A DNA stretch of 30,374 nt, from positions 1-30,374 of the forward strand of contig JAGLWR010000001.1 in the NCBI GenBank assembly GCA_023133315.1, given 5' to 3'. The notes under the pieces were generated by a model, which was not told the DNA's origin, did no database searches, and saw nothing but the letters and a program-made list of their open reading frames with translations. Both the position numbers and the translations under genes were made by a program. Source of the stretch: Methanomicrobia archaeon. GTDB lineage: Archaea; Methanobacteriota_B; Thermococci; Methanofastidiosales; B48-G16. Shown in pieces: positions 16,302 to 26,013 of this stretch (position 1 is the stretch's first letter; every line of letters begins with the position of its first letter).

Positions 16302-18173
16302 ATGAATTTAAAATCTAAAGGAGTTTCCCCCATAGTTGCAGTGGTTCTGCTCATCACGGCTACTATAGCGATAGGCACAATTTTAATGGCGTGGGGATCC
16401 GGATTAATTCAAGAAAGACAGAGTATTTCCGAAGAAACGAGTAAAAGTGTGTTCGGAAGTGAGAATTATCTGAGTATCGATAACCTTGCAGATAGTAATG
16501 GTACTCTCTTAATATGGATCAGAAACTCCGGAGACGAAGATGTAAATGTGGAATATTTCAGGATATACATCGAAAAAAATGAAGTGGATCAGGATCCTCA
16601 AAACGTTTCTGGGATGACAGTACCAAAAAAAGACACGGTGAAACTCGCTGAGATTCCTCTCTCATTAGAGGAGGGGGATATCGTTTTTGTAAAAATTACC
16701 ACAAAAAGTGGGTACCTAATGACAAAGATATTGAATCTCACTCCTAAGGTAACAAGTACCCTCACTCCCTCACCTACAACTCCACCTGCCAACCTTCCTC
16801 CTAACGCCGATTTTGATTACGATCCTCCAAATCCGTACACCGATGAGGTGATCCAGTTCACCGATCTATCCACAGACTCTGATGGTATAATAGTTTCATG
16901 GGACTGGGATTTCGGAGACTCGCAGACGTCGTCAAATCAAAATCCGACTCATTCTTATCCCGAAAATATCACATATACAGTCACGTCAACGGTAACGGAC
17001 GATGATGGTGCTACAGATAGTATCAGTAAGGACATCACCGTCCTCAATCAAAATCCGGTAGCAGATGCCAATGGACCATATTTTGGTATTGTTGGAGAAG
17101 ACATCACGTTTGATGGATCGGGATCATACGACCCTGACGGCTCCATAGTCTCATGGGACTGGGACTTTGGAGATACCACATCGGGGAGTGGTGAAACAAC
17201 GACACATGCATACACGAATCTCGGTGATTACACGGTTACGTTAACGGTTACCGACGATGATGGTGGAACAGATACAGATACAACGACGGTAGATGTTTCT
17301 GCTGCTCCTGCCAATTTCAATATCCTTACGATTGACACAAATTCAACTGAGATTAAGCAAGGAGATACTGGAATAGTTGTCACGATGACGGTGGAAAATA
17401 CCGGTGGAGCAGTTGCACTCGTCACCAATACTGATCTCACCTTTACCCATCTAGGTGGCGATGTATCTATAGAATATACGGTGACACCCGATCCGTTTAA
17501 CCCTATAAGCATTGCAGGAGGTACTTCGGAAACATTTACCTTCGCAGTTGATTGTGTGTATGACGCCACTACAGGAGTGATTGTTATCGACGGTTACATC
17601 GGGGGGATAGACACAGCTACGGGTATGCCAATATCAGATAATACAGCAATAACGATAGATCAGTGGTACGTGGAGTTCTTCGACGATGTAGAACACGGGA
17701 GCGGAAAATGGAGTATAAGTCCCGATCTCCTCAATTTGTGGCACGTAACGCAACATAGATATCACAGCAGTGATCATTCCTGGTATTTCGGTCAGGAAGG
17801 GATCTGGAATTACGATGTAGGAAATTGCAGGGGGAGTATAATATCCGTATCCATAGATCTCACCTCTCCCACGATCACCTCAGCCGAACTGAAGTTCTGG
17901 ACGTGGTGGCAGATAGAGCACGCTCGTCCCAATCGTGACAGAATGCAAGTATACGTCTCTGCGAATGGAGGACCGTGGGGACCACCTGAATGGTTAAGAG
18001 ACTCCGGCGATCCGGATATGGGCTGGCATGAAGAAACGATAGATCTTTTAGGATACATGGGAGATTCTATCGAGATCAGGTTTTATTTCAATGCAACAGA
18101 TCATAATAACAATGACTACGAAGGCTGGTACGTTGACGATATTCATGTAGACGTAACGGTGAATTTTACTTAA
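16302..18173 (+). CDS. Archaeal type IV pilin-like protein fused to two PKD domains, an Ig-like domain and a C-terminal jelly-roll adhesin domain
   Basis: Class III signal KSKG/VSPIVAVVLL; Pro/Thr linker; two SWDWDFGD PKD repeats; TVENTG Ig-like module; FFDDVE...LKFWTWW...GWYVDDI domain. Confidence 0.82.
   Translation: MNLKSKGVSPIVAVVLLITATIAIGTILMAWGSGLIQERQSISEETSKSVFGSENYLSIDNLADSNGTLLIWIRNSGDEDVNVEYFRIYIEKNEVDQDPQNVSGMTVPKKDTVKLAEIPLSLEEGDIVFVKITTKSGYLMTKILNLTPKVTSTLTPSPTTPPANLPPNADFDYDPPNPYTDEVIQFTDLSTDSDGIIVSWDWDFGDSQTSSNQNPTHSYPENITYTVTSTVTDDDGATDSISKDITVLNQNPVADANGPYFGIVGEDITFDGSGSYDPDGSIVSWDWDFGDTTSGSGETTTHAYTNLGDYTVTLTVTDDDGGTDTDTTTVDVSAAPANFNILTIDTNSTEIKQGDTGIVVTMTVENTGGAVALVTNTDLTFTHLGGDVSIEYTVTPDPFNPISIAGGTSETFTFAVDCVYDATTGVIVIDGYIGGIDTATGMPISDNTAITIDQWYVEFFDDVEHGSGKWSISPDLLNLWHVTQHRYHSSDHSWYFGQEGIWNYDVGNCRGSIISVSIDLTSPTITSAELKFWTWWQIEHARPNRDRMQVYVSANGGPWGPPEWLRDSGDPDMGWHEETIDLLGYMGDSIEIRFYFNATDHNNNDYEGWYVDDIHVDVTVNFT
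16896..17173 (+). repeat. Internal near-direct repeat encoding the two PKD WDWDFGD motifs
   Basis: TCATGGGACTGGGATTTCGGAGA (16896-16918) versus TCATGGGACTGGGACTTTGGAGA (17151-17173). Confidence 0.85.
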
Positions 18174-18237
18174 GACCTTCCAGTAACCTTTTAAAAGGAG
18201 AAAATCTTATATGGTACAATATTAAAGAGGTGTTTAC

Positions 18238-18648
18238 ATGACAACGGTATATGATGTTCCGGCTGATAAGCTCATAGAAAAACTGAAAGAGAAATTAAAG
18301 ACAATGAAAGAGCTCACTCCTCCCGAGTGGGCTAAATTTGTAAAAACTTCGTCATCCAGAGAGAGAACGCCCGATCAGGAAGACTGGTGGTATATTAGAG
18401 CGGCTTCCGTCCTCAGGAAAGTATATATGCGCGGGCCCGTGGGCGTTTCCCGACTCAGAAGAGTCTATGGAAGCAAGAAAAACAGAGGATACAAACCAGA
18501 AAAATTTAGAAAGGCAAGTGGTGCGGTAATCAGAAAGATACTCCAGCAATTAGAAGGTGCTCAACTTGTAAAAAATGAGATCGGAAGGATTATAACACCC
18601 AAAGGAAGATCTTTGCTCGATAAAACTTCAAAAGAGATCGAGGGATAA
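18238..18648 (+). CDS. rps19e: Ribosomal protein eS19
   Basis: MTTVYDVPA...PPEWAKFVKT...DWWYIRAASVLRK...ILQQLE. Confidence 0.97.
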   Translation: MTTVYDVPADKLIEKLKEKLKTMKELTPPEWAKFVKTSSSRERTPDQEDWWYIRAASVLRKVYMRGPVGVSRLRRVYGSKKNRGYKPEKFRKASGAVIRKILQQLEGAQLVKNEIGRIITPKGRSLLDKTSKEIEG

Positions 18649-18651
18649 CGA

Positions 18652-18954
18652 ATGGAGGACGATATTGAGGATATCAGAAGAAAAAAAATGGAAGAGTTAA
18701 CAAAAGTTGAAGAACAACAGAGGATGGAGATACAAAAACAACTCTTATTACGGCAGATACTTACAAACGAGGCCAGAAATAGGCTTGTAAGGATAAAAAT
18801 GGCACGACCAGAGTTTGCAGAACAAATAGAATTACAGCTCATACAGTTAGCTCAATCAGGAAAACTGCAGAAAAAGATCACAGATGAAGATCTTAAAACT
18901 ATTCTGAGGTCATTGCAGCAGAAAAAACCAGATTATAGAATTATGAGACGATAA
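18652..18954 (+). CDS. PDCD5-like DNA-binding protein
   Basis: LRQILTNEARNRL...ARPEFAEQIELQLIQLAQSG...ITDEDLK; conserved operon position. Confidence 0.92.
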   Translation: MEDDIEDIRRKKMEELTKVEEQQRMEIQKQLLLRQILTNEARNRLVRIKMARPEFAEQIELQLIQLAQSGKLQKKITDEDLKTILRSLQQKKPDYRIMRR

Positions 18955-18956
18955 AA

Positions 18957-19574
18957 ATGGAAGCGAACTTACTCTTCAGCGGAGGGAAAGATAGTTCTTT
19001 ATCTGCTTTTATACTTAAAAAACTTGGATATGGGGTGAAACTTATTACGATAACATTTGGATACAGTGAAAACTGGAAACTGGCAAAAGAAACCTCGGAG
19101 ATACTGGGTTATGACCATAATGTAATAAAGATGGATGAAAAAATCTTGACTGAAGGTTCCAGAATAATCTTAGAGGAGGGATACCCTCTCAGGGGAATAA
19201 AATATATCCACAGAGAAGTGATAGAGGAACTTGCAAAAGATTATAAAGTAATCTGTGATGGATCGAGAAGAGATGATAGAACACCAAGATTGGAATTCAG
19301 CGAGATAAGAAGTCTGGAAGATAAATATGGAGTAGAGTACATATCTCCACTACAGGGCATCGGTTACAGGACATTGCGATACCTGACAAATAAGCTATTT
19401 ATAATAGAAACGTATAACAGCAGTGAAAAAAAGACAGCCGATTACGAAACAGAGGCAAGGATCTTTTTAGGTGATAAAGGAAAGAACATATTTCCGGTGC
19501 ATGAGCAGACTAGAGTTCTTGGCTGGAGAGGTGATGCAGAATGGCAAGAAATAAGCCACTTGGTAAAAAACTGA
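18957..19574 (+). CDS. PP-loop ATPase (conserved archaeal, upstream of rpl39e)
   Basis: [11 protein letters not shown]-loop, [13 protein letters not shown]; conserved operon position. Confidence 0.85.
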   Translation: MEANLLFSGGKDSSLSAFILKKLGYGVKLITITFGYSENWKLAKETSEILGYDHNVIKMDEKILTEGSRIILEEGYPLRGIKYIHREVIEELAKDYKVICDGSRRDDRTPRLEFSEIRSLEDKYGVEYISPLQGIGYRTLRYLTNKLFIIETYNSSEKKTADYETEARIFLGDKGKNIFPVHEQTRVLGWRGDAEWQEISHLVKN

Positions 19575-19696
19575 GATTGGGAAAGGCATTAAAACAAAAC
19601 AGGAGAGTCCCTGTTTGGGTATGGGTCAAGACAAGATTAAATGTGAGAACTCACCCGAAGAGAAGACACTGGAGAAGAACTAGTTTAAAAAGGTGA
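19541..19696 (+). CDS. rpl39e: Ribosomal protein eL39 (51 aa; below the ORF-track cutoff)
   Basis: Manual translation [51 protein letters not shown]; GAGGTGA SD. Confidence 0.96.
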   Translation: MARNKPLGKKLRLGKALKQNRRVPVWVWVKTRLNVRTHPKRRHWRRTSLKR

Positions 19697-19700
19697 AAGT

Positions 19701-19958
19701 ATGAAAGCTGGAGAAGAAAGAGTTTATACCATTCCTTTGAGAAAGGCTAAGAGAACACAAAGAAAAAAAAGGAGTCCGAGGGCTATAAGAGAATTAAAGG
19801 GTTTCCTGAAAAGACACACAAAGGCTGAGAATATAAAGATAGACTCCAAATTGAATGAGAAAATTTGGGAAAAAGGTATAGAAAAGCCGCCCTCAAAATT
19901 GAGAGTAAGAGTCAAAAAAGAAGAAGAGGACACAGCAACTGCCTATCTTACTGAATAA
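19701..19958 (+). CDS. rpl31e: Ribosomal protein eL31
   Basis: ERVYTIPLR...PRAIRELKGFLKRH...LNEKIWEKGIEKPPSKLRV. Confidence 0.96.
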   Translation: MKAGEERVYTIPLRKAKRTQRKKRSPRAIRELKGFLKRHTKAENIKIDSKLNEKIWEKGIEKPPSKLRVRVKKEEEDTATAYLTE

Positions 19959-19959
19959 T

Positions 19960-20601
19960 ATGATCAAGAAGCTAGAAATTGAAAAAAACCCATTTATAGG
20001 AATTTTTGGTATTACAAATGAAGAAATAACGCTTCTTTCTGTAGATTTTACAAAAGAAAAGGTAAGATTAGTAGAAAATACATTGTCTACAGAAACGTTG
20101 CTCACAACAATAGCGAGAACGAATTTACTCGGCATCCTCAGTGCAGGAAACTCAAACGGAGTTGTACTTCCATACAATGTAGAGGATTACGAGATCAGCA
20201 AGCTCAAAAAATGTGATATAAAGATAGAGATTTTATCTACAAAATTTACAGCTCTCGGCAATATGATGCTCTGCAATGACAAAGGTGCCGTCATAAGTAA
20301 AAAATTAGAAAAAGAATCCAGATTAATAGAAGATGCTCTGGATGTTGAAATCTTTGTATCTGACTCTATTAATTTTGGAAGTATGGGATTATGTACAAAC
20401 AATGGATGTCTTGTGCATCCCTCTCTTTCGGAGATGATAGATGAATTAGAAAAAGCTTTAAAAGTAGAGGTGGATATAGGGAGTGCAAACAGAGGAGTTT
20501 ACTATCTCGGCATATGTGCACTCGCAAATACAAAAGGAGCATTAGTAGGCAGTGTGAGTACTGGCCCGGAGATAAATAAAATCGAGGATATACTGTTTTA
20601 G
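19960..20601 (+). CDS. eif6: Translation initiation factor aIF6
   Basis: NPFIGIFG, GNSNG, ALGNMMLCND, GSANRG, TGPEINKIEDIL. Confidence 0.93.
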   Translation: MIKKLEIEKNPFIGIFGITNEEITLLSVDFTKEKVRLVENTLSTETLLTTIARTNLLGILSAGNSNGVVLPYNVEDYEISKLKKCDIKIEILSTKFTALGNMMLCNDKGAVISKKLEKESRLIEDALDVEIFVSDSINFGSMGLCTNNGCLVHPSLSEMIDELEKALKVEVDIGSANRGVYYLGICALANTKGALVGSVSTGPEINKIEDILF

Positions 20602-20611
20602 GAGGGATACT

Positions 20612-20794
20612 ATGAAGAGTTTTGAAGTACATGGAACATTCAAGATGGGAGATAAGATACAGAACTTCACAAAGGTATTTAACGGCATGAATGAAAAAGG
20701 CGTTATAGAAAAAGTGTATTGCGATATAGGGAGCAGACACAGAGTCAAGAGAGGTAACATAGAAATTCTTAAAGTAGAGGAGAGAAAAGAATGA
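20612..20794 (+). CDS. rpl18a: Ribosomal protein eL20 (L18Ae/LX)
   Basis: EKVYCDIGSRHRVKRGNIEI; operon position. Confidence 0.92.
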   Translation: MKSFEVHGTFKMGDKIQNFTKVFNGMNEKGVIEKVYCDIGSRHRVKRGNIEILKVEERKE

Positions 20795-21180
20795 ATAAAA
20801 ATGAACTGCTCATGAAGTTTGGATATCTTAAAGAACAGGGAGAGATCCTTGTAAAAAATATAGCTATTTTAGAAGAAAAACTAACAGAAACGTTGATAGC
20901 GAAAAATACACTGGAAGAATTAAAAAAAATAGGAAAAGGAGAGTTGCTGATGCCCATAGGCGGAGGATGCTTTATAGAAACTGAACTGAAGAAACTGGAG
21001 CGTGTTACAATCAATGTAGGTGGTGGAGTTTCCAAAGAGGCATCTATAGAAGAATCTCTCTCTAAATTTGATGAAAATACTGAAAGTATCAGAAAAATGA
21101 TTATTCGTACTCAGGAAAACCTTGTAAAGATTGAAAGAGACCTTGCAGCTATCAATGAAGAACTCGGGAAGCAAAAGTGA
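20791..21180 (+). CDS. pfdA: Prefoldin alpha subunit
   Basis: Coiled coils flanking LMPIGGGCF...VTINVGGGV beta-hairpins; operon position. Confidence 0.92.
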   Translation: MNKNELLMKFGYLKEQGEILVKNIAILEEKLTETLIAKNTLEELKKIGKGELLMPIGGGCFIETELKKLERVTINVGGGVSKEASIEESLSKFDENTESIRKMIIRTQENLVKIERDLAAINEELGKQK

Positions 21181-21184
21181 AAAG

Positions 21185-22069
21185 ATGTTTAACTCTCTGA
21201 AAAACAGATTGGGAACATTTCTCCAGGATCTAAATCAAAAAACTATCTCTGAGAAGGATATAGATTCAATCCTCTTCGAATTAGAACTCATATTGCTTCA
21301 AAACGATGTATCTGTTAAAGTTACTGAAGAAATAAAAGAAATTCTCGGAAAAAGTCTCTCCGGGAAAAAAATAGGATTACTGAATAATAAAAAAGATTTT
21401 ATAGAGGCTTCTTTAAAAGAAGCCGTAAAAGAAATCCTCAGCTCGGAGAAAATAGATTTAATCGAAAAGATAAAAACAAAAAAACCATTTGTAATAATGT
21501 TTATAGGTTTTAATGGCACTGGTAAAACTACCACGATTGCAAAACTGGGGAATATATTAAAAAAGAAAGGATTTTCTGTAGTTTTCTCAGCCTCGGATAC
21601 GTTTAGAGCAGGATCGATAGAACAATTAGAAAGACATGCTAAAAATATTGGAATAAAAGTTATCAAACACAAATATGGGGGAGATCCTGCTGCTGTAGCA
21701 TTTGATGCAATAAAACATGCCAAAGCAAGAAGTATTGATGTTGTAATCATAGATACAGCTGGAAGATCTGAAACAAATAAAAATCTTATGGCGGAGGTTA
21801 AAAAAATAAAAAGGGTAGTAGCTCCTGACCTAACGATATTTGTAGGAGATGCATTGGCAGGAAACTCTCTTGTTAACCAGGCTGAAAAATTTAACGAAAT
21901 CGGGATTGACTGTTCAATTTTGACCAAGATAGATGCAGATGCAAGAGGAGGGGGTGCTCTATCGATTACATCCGCTACCGAAAAACCTATCGTATACGTT
22001 GGAACAGGCCAGGGCTATGATGATCTAGAAATATTCGATCCAGACTGGTTGATAAGGAACCTTTTTTAA
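21185..22069 (+). CDS. ftsY: SRP receptor FtsY
   Basis: [37 protein letters not shown]; start reassigned to ATG 21185. Confidence 0.96.
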   Translation: MFNSLKNRLGTFLQDLNQKTISEKDIDSILFELELILLQNDVSVKVTEEIKEILGKSLSGKKIGLLNNKKDFIEASLKEAVKEILSSEKIDLIEKIKTKKPFVIMFIGFNGTGKTTTIAKLGNILKKKGFSVVFSASDTFRAGSIEQLERHAKNIGIKVIKHKYGGDPAAVAFDAIKHAKARSIDVVIIDTAGRSETNKNLMAEVKKIKRVVAPDLTIFVGDALAGNSLVNQAEKFNEIGIDCSILTKIDADARGGGALSITSATEKPIVYVGTGQGYDDLEIFDPDWLIRNLF

Positions 22070-22149
22070 CTTGAAAGTTAATAATCTCTTTATTTCTTTC
22101 CGTATGGATTAAAAAAGCTTAAATATATGCATTCCACATATAATATAAT

Positions 22150-22620
22150 ATGTATATGCCGAAAGGTTGGCTCAAGACAAGGATTGAAGAAAAGGACTTT
22201 CATTTAAATATGGAAAAATTGAAAGAGATACATTTAGATATTGGCAGTGATTTTTCTGGATATATTAGAATATTTGGTACAAATATCCAGGATATGCACG
22301 ATGATTGCTATTTTCTTATAGAAAATGGAAAAATTATTGCAGCAGAAAAAATAGAGATAGAGAGGAAGATAAGAACTATTAGGGATGACGTTTTTAACGA
22401 ATTAGATTGTCTATACAAAGAATGTGAGATAAACGTGGTGAGACTTGATAAATCACAACTTAACATATCGAAAGATACAAATGAAATCTGTTTATTGGAT
22501 AACGGAGTATCCTTTATAAGCGAGCTTAACAGAGAAGAGTTACTAAACAGGATAAGCGCAGGCAATATAAATGTGGATAGGTTTCTTTATAAATTTGAAA
22601 AAATAGATGGACGAATTTGA
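22150..22620 (+). CDS. Hypothetical protein, DUF2226-like
   Basis: MP.G start, FSGYIRI, LIENGKII, C-terminal REELL motif. Confidence 0.55.
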   Translation: MYMPKGWLKTRIEEKDFHLNMEKLKEIHLDIGSDFSGYIRIFGTNIQDMHDDCYFLIENGKIIAAEKIEIERKIRTIRDDVFNELDCLYKECEINVVRLDKSQLNISKDTNEICLLDNGVSFISELNREELLNRISAGNINVDRFLYKFEKIDGRI

Positions 22621-22629
22621 ACCATAAAG

Positions 22630-23532
22630 TTACTCTGATCTAAATTGCGGAACTGCTTCTTTGAGAGGGTCAAAACTTTCCCAGTTTGTTACAAACTTGC
22701 AGATCATGGAAACCTTAGAATGTAAAGAAGAGGGGAGTCTCAGTATCCGTTTGGTATCTATCGTCACCTTTCCATCAGCTAACTCTGCGTTTATCTCTGC
22801 CACATTTTTCAGTATCCCCCTTTTTGTACTTTTTCCAACAAAATCCAGAAAATCTACTCTCCTATTGAGAAATCTCTTTATTATCTCTTCTCTATTTTCC
22901 AAAATTTTTTTACTCTTTATGTACTCCATTCGTGAAAACGTAAATGCAAACATCTTTCTAAAATTTTCTGAGTACCCATGTGTCATGAATAGATCTTTTG
23001 GCACGTGCGAAGCCGTTACATAATTAAAAATTTTGCTTCTATCTTCGATGTACAGTGCTTCTTCATCAAGAACTCGTACATGGTACCCCCTTCCCGAATA
23101 AATTAAAAATACATTCTTGAGATTGAAGTTCGATCGCAATGAGTCTATAATAGCCAGTGCCAGCTCTTTTGCATCTTCCAGACATATCTCACAGATATTT
23201 CCAGGAGTACAGTCGCATCTTCTTACTTTAAGGTCTTTTGCATCAATGTCAAAAACTATTTCAGCTTTTATCCAATCTTCTCTTGCTTCTGGCTTTTTAT
23301 AATATGCAACGGAAGAGTAAGCTGCGTACGGCGCCTTTATTTTCATAAATCTCTCAAAATCCCTGATAGAGTTAAACGTTCTGTATCTATCCTTTGGGCC
23401 ATTGCCGTCATGATCAAACCCAAACTCTCTGCGTTTTAAAGAATCTGTGATAAAATCAGGAAAATCTTTTATGTTCCATTCTTTCTTATAGTACATGTGC
23501 CTTTCTTCTAAAGTAGCCTCTTTAAACTCCAT
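22630..23532 (-). CDS. priS: DNA primase catalytic subunit PriS
   Basis: EFGFD, EIVFDID, Zn knuckle CDC...CEIC, YSGRGYH, RILRLPSSLH. Confidence 0.95.
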   Translation of the reverse strand: MEFKEATLEERHMYYKKEWNIKDFPDFITDSLKRREFGFDHDGNGPKDRYRTFNSIRDFERFMKIKAPYAAYSSVAYYKKPEAREDWIKAEIVFDIDAKDLKVRRCDCTPGNICEICLEDAKELALAIIDSLRSNFNLKNVFLIYSGRGYHVRVLDEEALYIEDRSKIFNYVTASHVPKDLFMTHGYSENFRKMFAFTFSRMEYIKSKKILENREEIIKRFLNRRVDFLDFVGKSTKRGILKNVAEINAELADGKVTIDTKRILRLPSSLHSKVSMICKFVTNWESFDPLKEAVPQFRSE

Positions 23533-23570
23533 AATGACATTTATCAGGCAAGGATAAAAAGGTTGTTGAT

Positions 23571-25469
23571 TCAGCGATCAATAAACTCTTCCAGTACGTA
23601 TGTTATTATCTCTTCATCATTGCCCCATTCACTCTGTTCAAAGTAGATATCCGGCGTTGTGCGTGTTTCTTCGTTTGCGGTGCCGTCAGGGTTAATGCCC
23701 ATGCCGCTTGTCATTTTTATTACAAGTTTACTGTTGGGGAGAGTAAATGAAAATGGACCAAACCCAATACCGTCTCCACCCGTAGTAGTTCCTACAAGCT
23801 CAGCAAAACCAGATGCTTTGGCAAACGCTGCAAAGCTTTCAGCTGCAGAGTATACTTCCCTATCAACTAGGAGGTATATATCCCCATTGAAGGGTGTCTC
23901 TGTAGATTTTCTAGGGCATTTAAGGAATTTTATCACCCCTGCGAAGTTGTTTGTTCTTACGTCTGAGGGTAAATGGGAGATGCTATCTTTTGAAGTTGAT
24001 ACAACTCCACCTCTCCAATAATTTGTGTATTTGCCCTGTCTGAGGGCAACAAAGAACTCAACCTCCAGATTTCTGTTGGTGAGAGGCCGAACGATATTGT
24101 CTCGCCAATAATCTATCCTACCTCCTCCATTTCCCCTGATATCTATTATCAGAGCATTGTACTCTCCTATCTCCCGATAAAACTCTAAAAATTTTGCATG
24201 ATTTATAGAAACACTATATACAAATGATTTTATTCGCACATAAGCCACTTTCTTATCCTCCCATTTTCTGAATTCAAGGTTTGAATCAGGATCTCTATCC
24301 AACGATAAGACTCTGTATAGTTCTTTGTATAGATCCTCGGAGATGTACTGAATACTTTTTTTAACGGTGTTTCCATCCGGGTTTTTGATAGTAAAAATAG
24401 CATCTTCACCAAACAGAGTAGGATCCAGATAAGCCATAAATAACTTGTTCCTATCACAGTCGTACCATACACGCGTTTTTTGTACTAACGATTTCACTGC
24501 TTCATCCACTTCTATTCCGTTTATCGCTACTACCTTAGATCCTTCTTCAATTCCGTACTTCTCTTTCCAGTCATTGAGACCTCCGATAGCTATATAGTTC
24601 CCTCCAAAGTAATAGAAAAATACTTCAGGACAGGAATGGTAATAATCACTTAATAACTCTTTCCAGTACTCATTCATACTGTTGTATAGGCCAGTATGTC
24701 CGTTCTGAAGTGTCATTAGCGCTTCCATTATTAAACCGAGAAACTCCTCATTCGTTTCAATTTCGTCCAGTCTTTGCATATAATCATCTTTTAAATCCAG
24801 CCAGTTATATCCGTGAGTTCGCTCCTTTACCCATAGATAGGGGTAGTTGTATTTAACAAGATAATAGAGTGCTTCAAAATCTTCTTTCCACTCATTTCTT
24901 GTGAGCGAAGTAGGATCAAATTCCGTTTCAGGATACAATGAACGCACCCACGGAAAGTGGGCAGTGACGTTCTCTAGAGATGTATCATACACCCAGCCCG
25001 TTAAGAAGAATCCTTCTCCGTTAAGAACTGTAAGGGAAACGGCGATCTCCACAATACGCGATGCATATCCCTGTGCATTACTCTCTATGTCACGCCATTC
25101 TTTTGAACGTTTTTCTTCTAACTTTACTATCTTCTCCTTTGTGTTGAGCTCGATCCTATAGTCCATGATCTCATCGTAATCAATGTCAATTCCTACAAAG
25201 TAATTTTCTTTAGAAGGCATTAAATCTACGAAATCTACTCTGATAACAAGGTATTCACCATCGATTACAACAAACATGGACTTTTCTGAATCTTTGTATA
25301 TGGGAGCGATACCCTCCCAATCGGATGATAATCCATCAATCTCAATATCAGCTTGTTCAAGAATTTCTATCCTTGCCGACTCTACGACTTTCGGTTTTTC
25401 TTGTGTAATACAAGCCAGATTCAGAACTATCACAACAATTAATGTGATACCCACATACTTTTTGTTCAT
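23571..25469 (-). CDS. S41-family peptidase lipoprotein with PDZ domain and N-terminal beta-sandwich (CBM9/DOMON-like)
   Basis: Lipobox LAC; IDGLSSDW; PDZ (GSKVVAING); DIRGNGGG; YSAAE catalytic Ser motif; GTTTGG; PDI. Confidence 0.85.
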   Translation of the reverse strand: MNKKYVGITLIVVIVLNLACITQEKPKVVESARIEILEQADIEIDGLSSDWEGIAPIYKDSEKSMFVVIDGEYLVIRVDFVDLMPSKENYFVGIDIDYDEIMDYRIELNTKEKIVKLEEKRSKEWRDIESNAQGYASRIVEIAVSLTVLNGEGFFLTGWVYDTSLENVTAHFPWVRSLYPETEFDPTSLTRNEWKEDFEALYYLVKYNYPYLWVKERTHGYNWLDLKDDYMQRLDEIETNEEFLGLIMEALMTLQNGHTGLYNSMNEYWKELLSDYYHSCPEVFFYYFGGNYIAIGGLNDWKEKYGIEEGSKVVAINGIEVDEAVKSLVQKTRVWYDCDRNKLFMAYLDPTLFGEDAIFTIKNPDGNTVKKSIQYISEDLYKELYRVLSLDRDPDSNLEFRKWEDKKVAYVRIKSFVYSVSINHAKFLEFYREIGEYNALIIDIRGNGGGRIDYWRDNIVRPLTNRNLEVEFFVALRQGKYTNYWRGGVVSTSKDSISHLPSDVRTNNFAGVIKFLKCPRKSTETPFNGDIYLLVDREVYSAAESFAAFAKASGFAELVGTTTGGDGIGFGPFSFTLPNSKLVIKMTSGMGINPDGTANEETRTTPDIYFEQSEWGNDEEIITYVLEEFIDR

Positions 25470-25584
25470 ATATGTGTATTATCTTTTCTCTCTTTTTAAA
25501 ATTTTTCAGCGAATTCCTTGGTTCGTATTTAGAAGGACAACTTACATAAGAAAATTATTTAACCTTCCTCAGCATTCTTATGGC

Positions 25585-26004
25585 ATGGACTACGAACTTC
25601 TAGAACACGAAGCAGACATAGGGATAAGAGGATATGGAAATACGATAGAAGAGGCATTTGAGACTGGAGCCAGAGCCATGTTCTCGATCATGATAGATTT
25701 AGAGACTGTGAAATCTGAAAAAAATGTGAAAATAAAATGTGAGGCTCCTGATATTGAAGCTCTTTTTGTGGAATGGCTAAACGAACTTCTGACAAAGAAG
25801 GATCTTGAAGAGATGAGTTTTTCCAGATTTGAAGTAAAAATTTATAAAGACGATATCTATAGATTGGAAGGAACAGCTTCAGGAGAAAGATTCGATCAGA
25901 AAAAACACAAACCGAAATTAGAGGTAAAGGGTGCGACGTACTCCGGATTGAAAATCGGAAAAAAAGATGAAAAAATATTTATACAATGCATTGTAGATGT
26001 TTAG
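25585..26004 (+). CDS. Archease
   Basis: MDYELLEHEADIGI...EVKGATY...VDV; start reassigned to ATG 25585 (leaderless-type spacing from TTATTTAA). Confidence 0.96.
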   Translation: MDYELLEHEADIGIRGYGNTIEEAFETGARAMFSIMIDLETVKSEKNVKIKCEAPDIEALFVEWLNELLTKKDLEEMSFSRFEVKIYKDDIYRLEGTASGERFDQKKHKPKLEVKGATYSGLKIGKKDEKIFIQCIVDV

Positions 26005-26013
26005 GTGATAAGA

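Noticed and set aside
16896-17280. Repeated DNA words as a possible CRISPR or tandem array
   Set aside because: Only two copies, in frame, explained by duplicated PKD domains.
25276-25584. 103-aa N-terminal extension of archease
   Set aside because: It overlaps the S41 gene antisense and its promoter region; the archease motif starts at ATG 25585.
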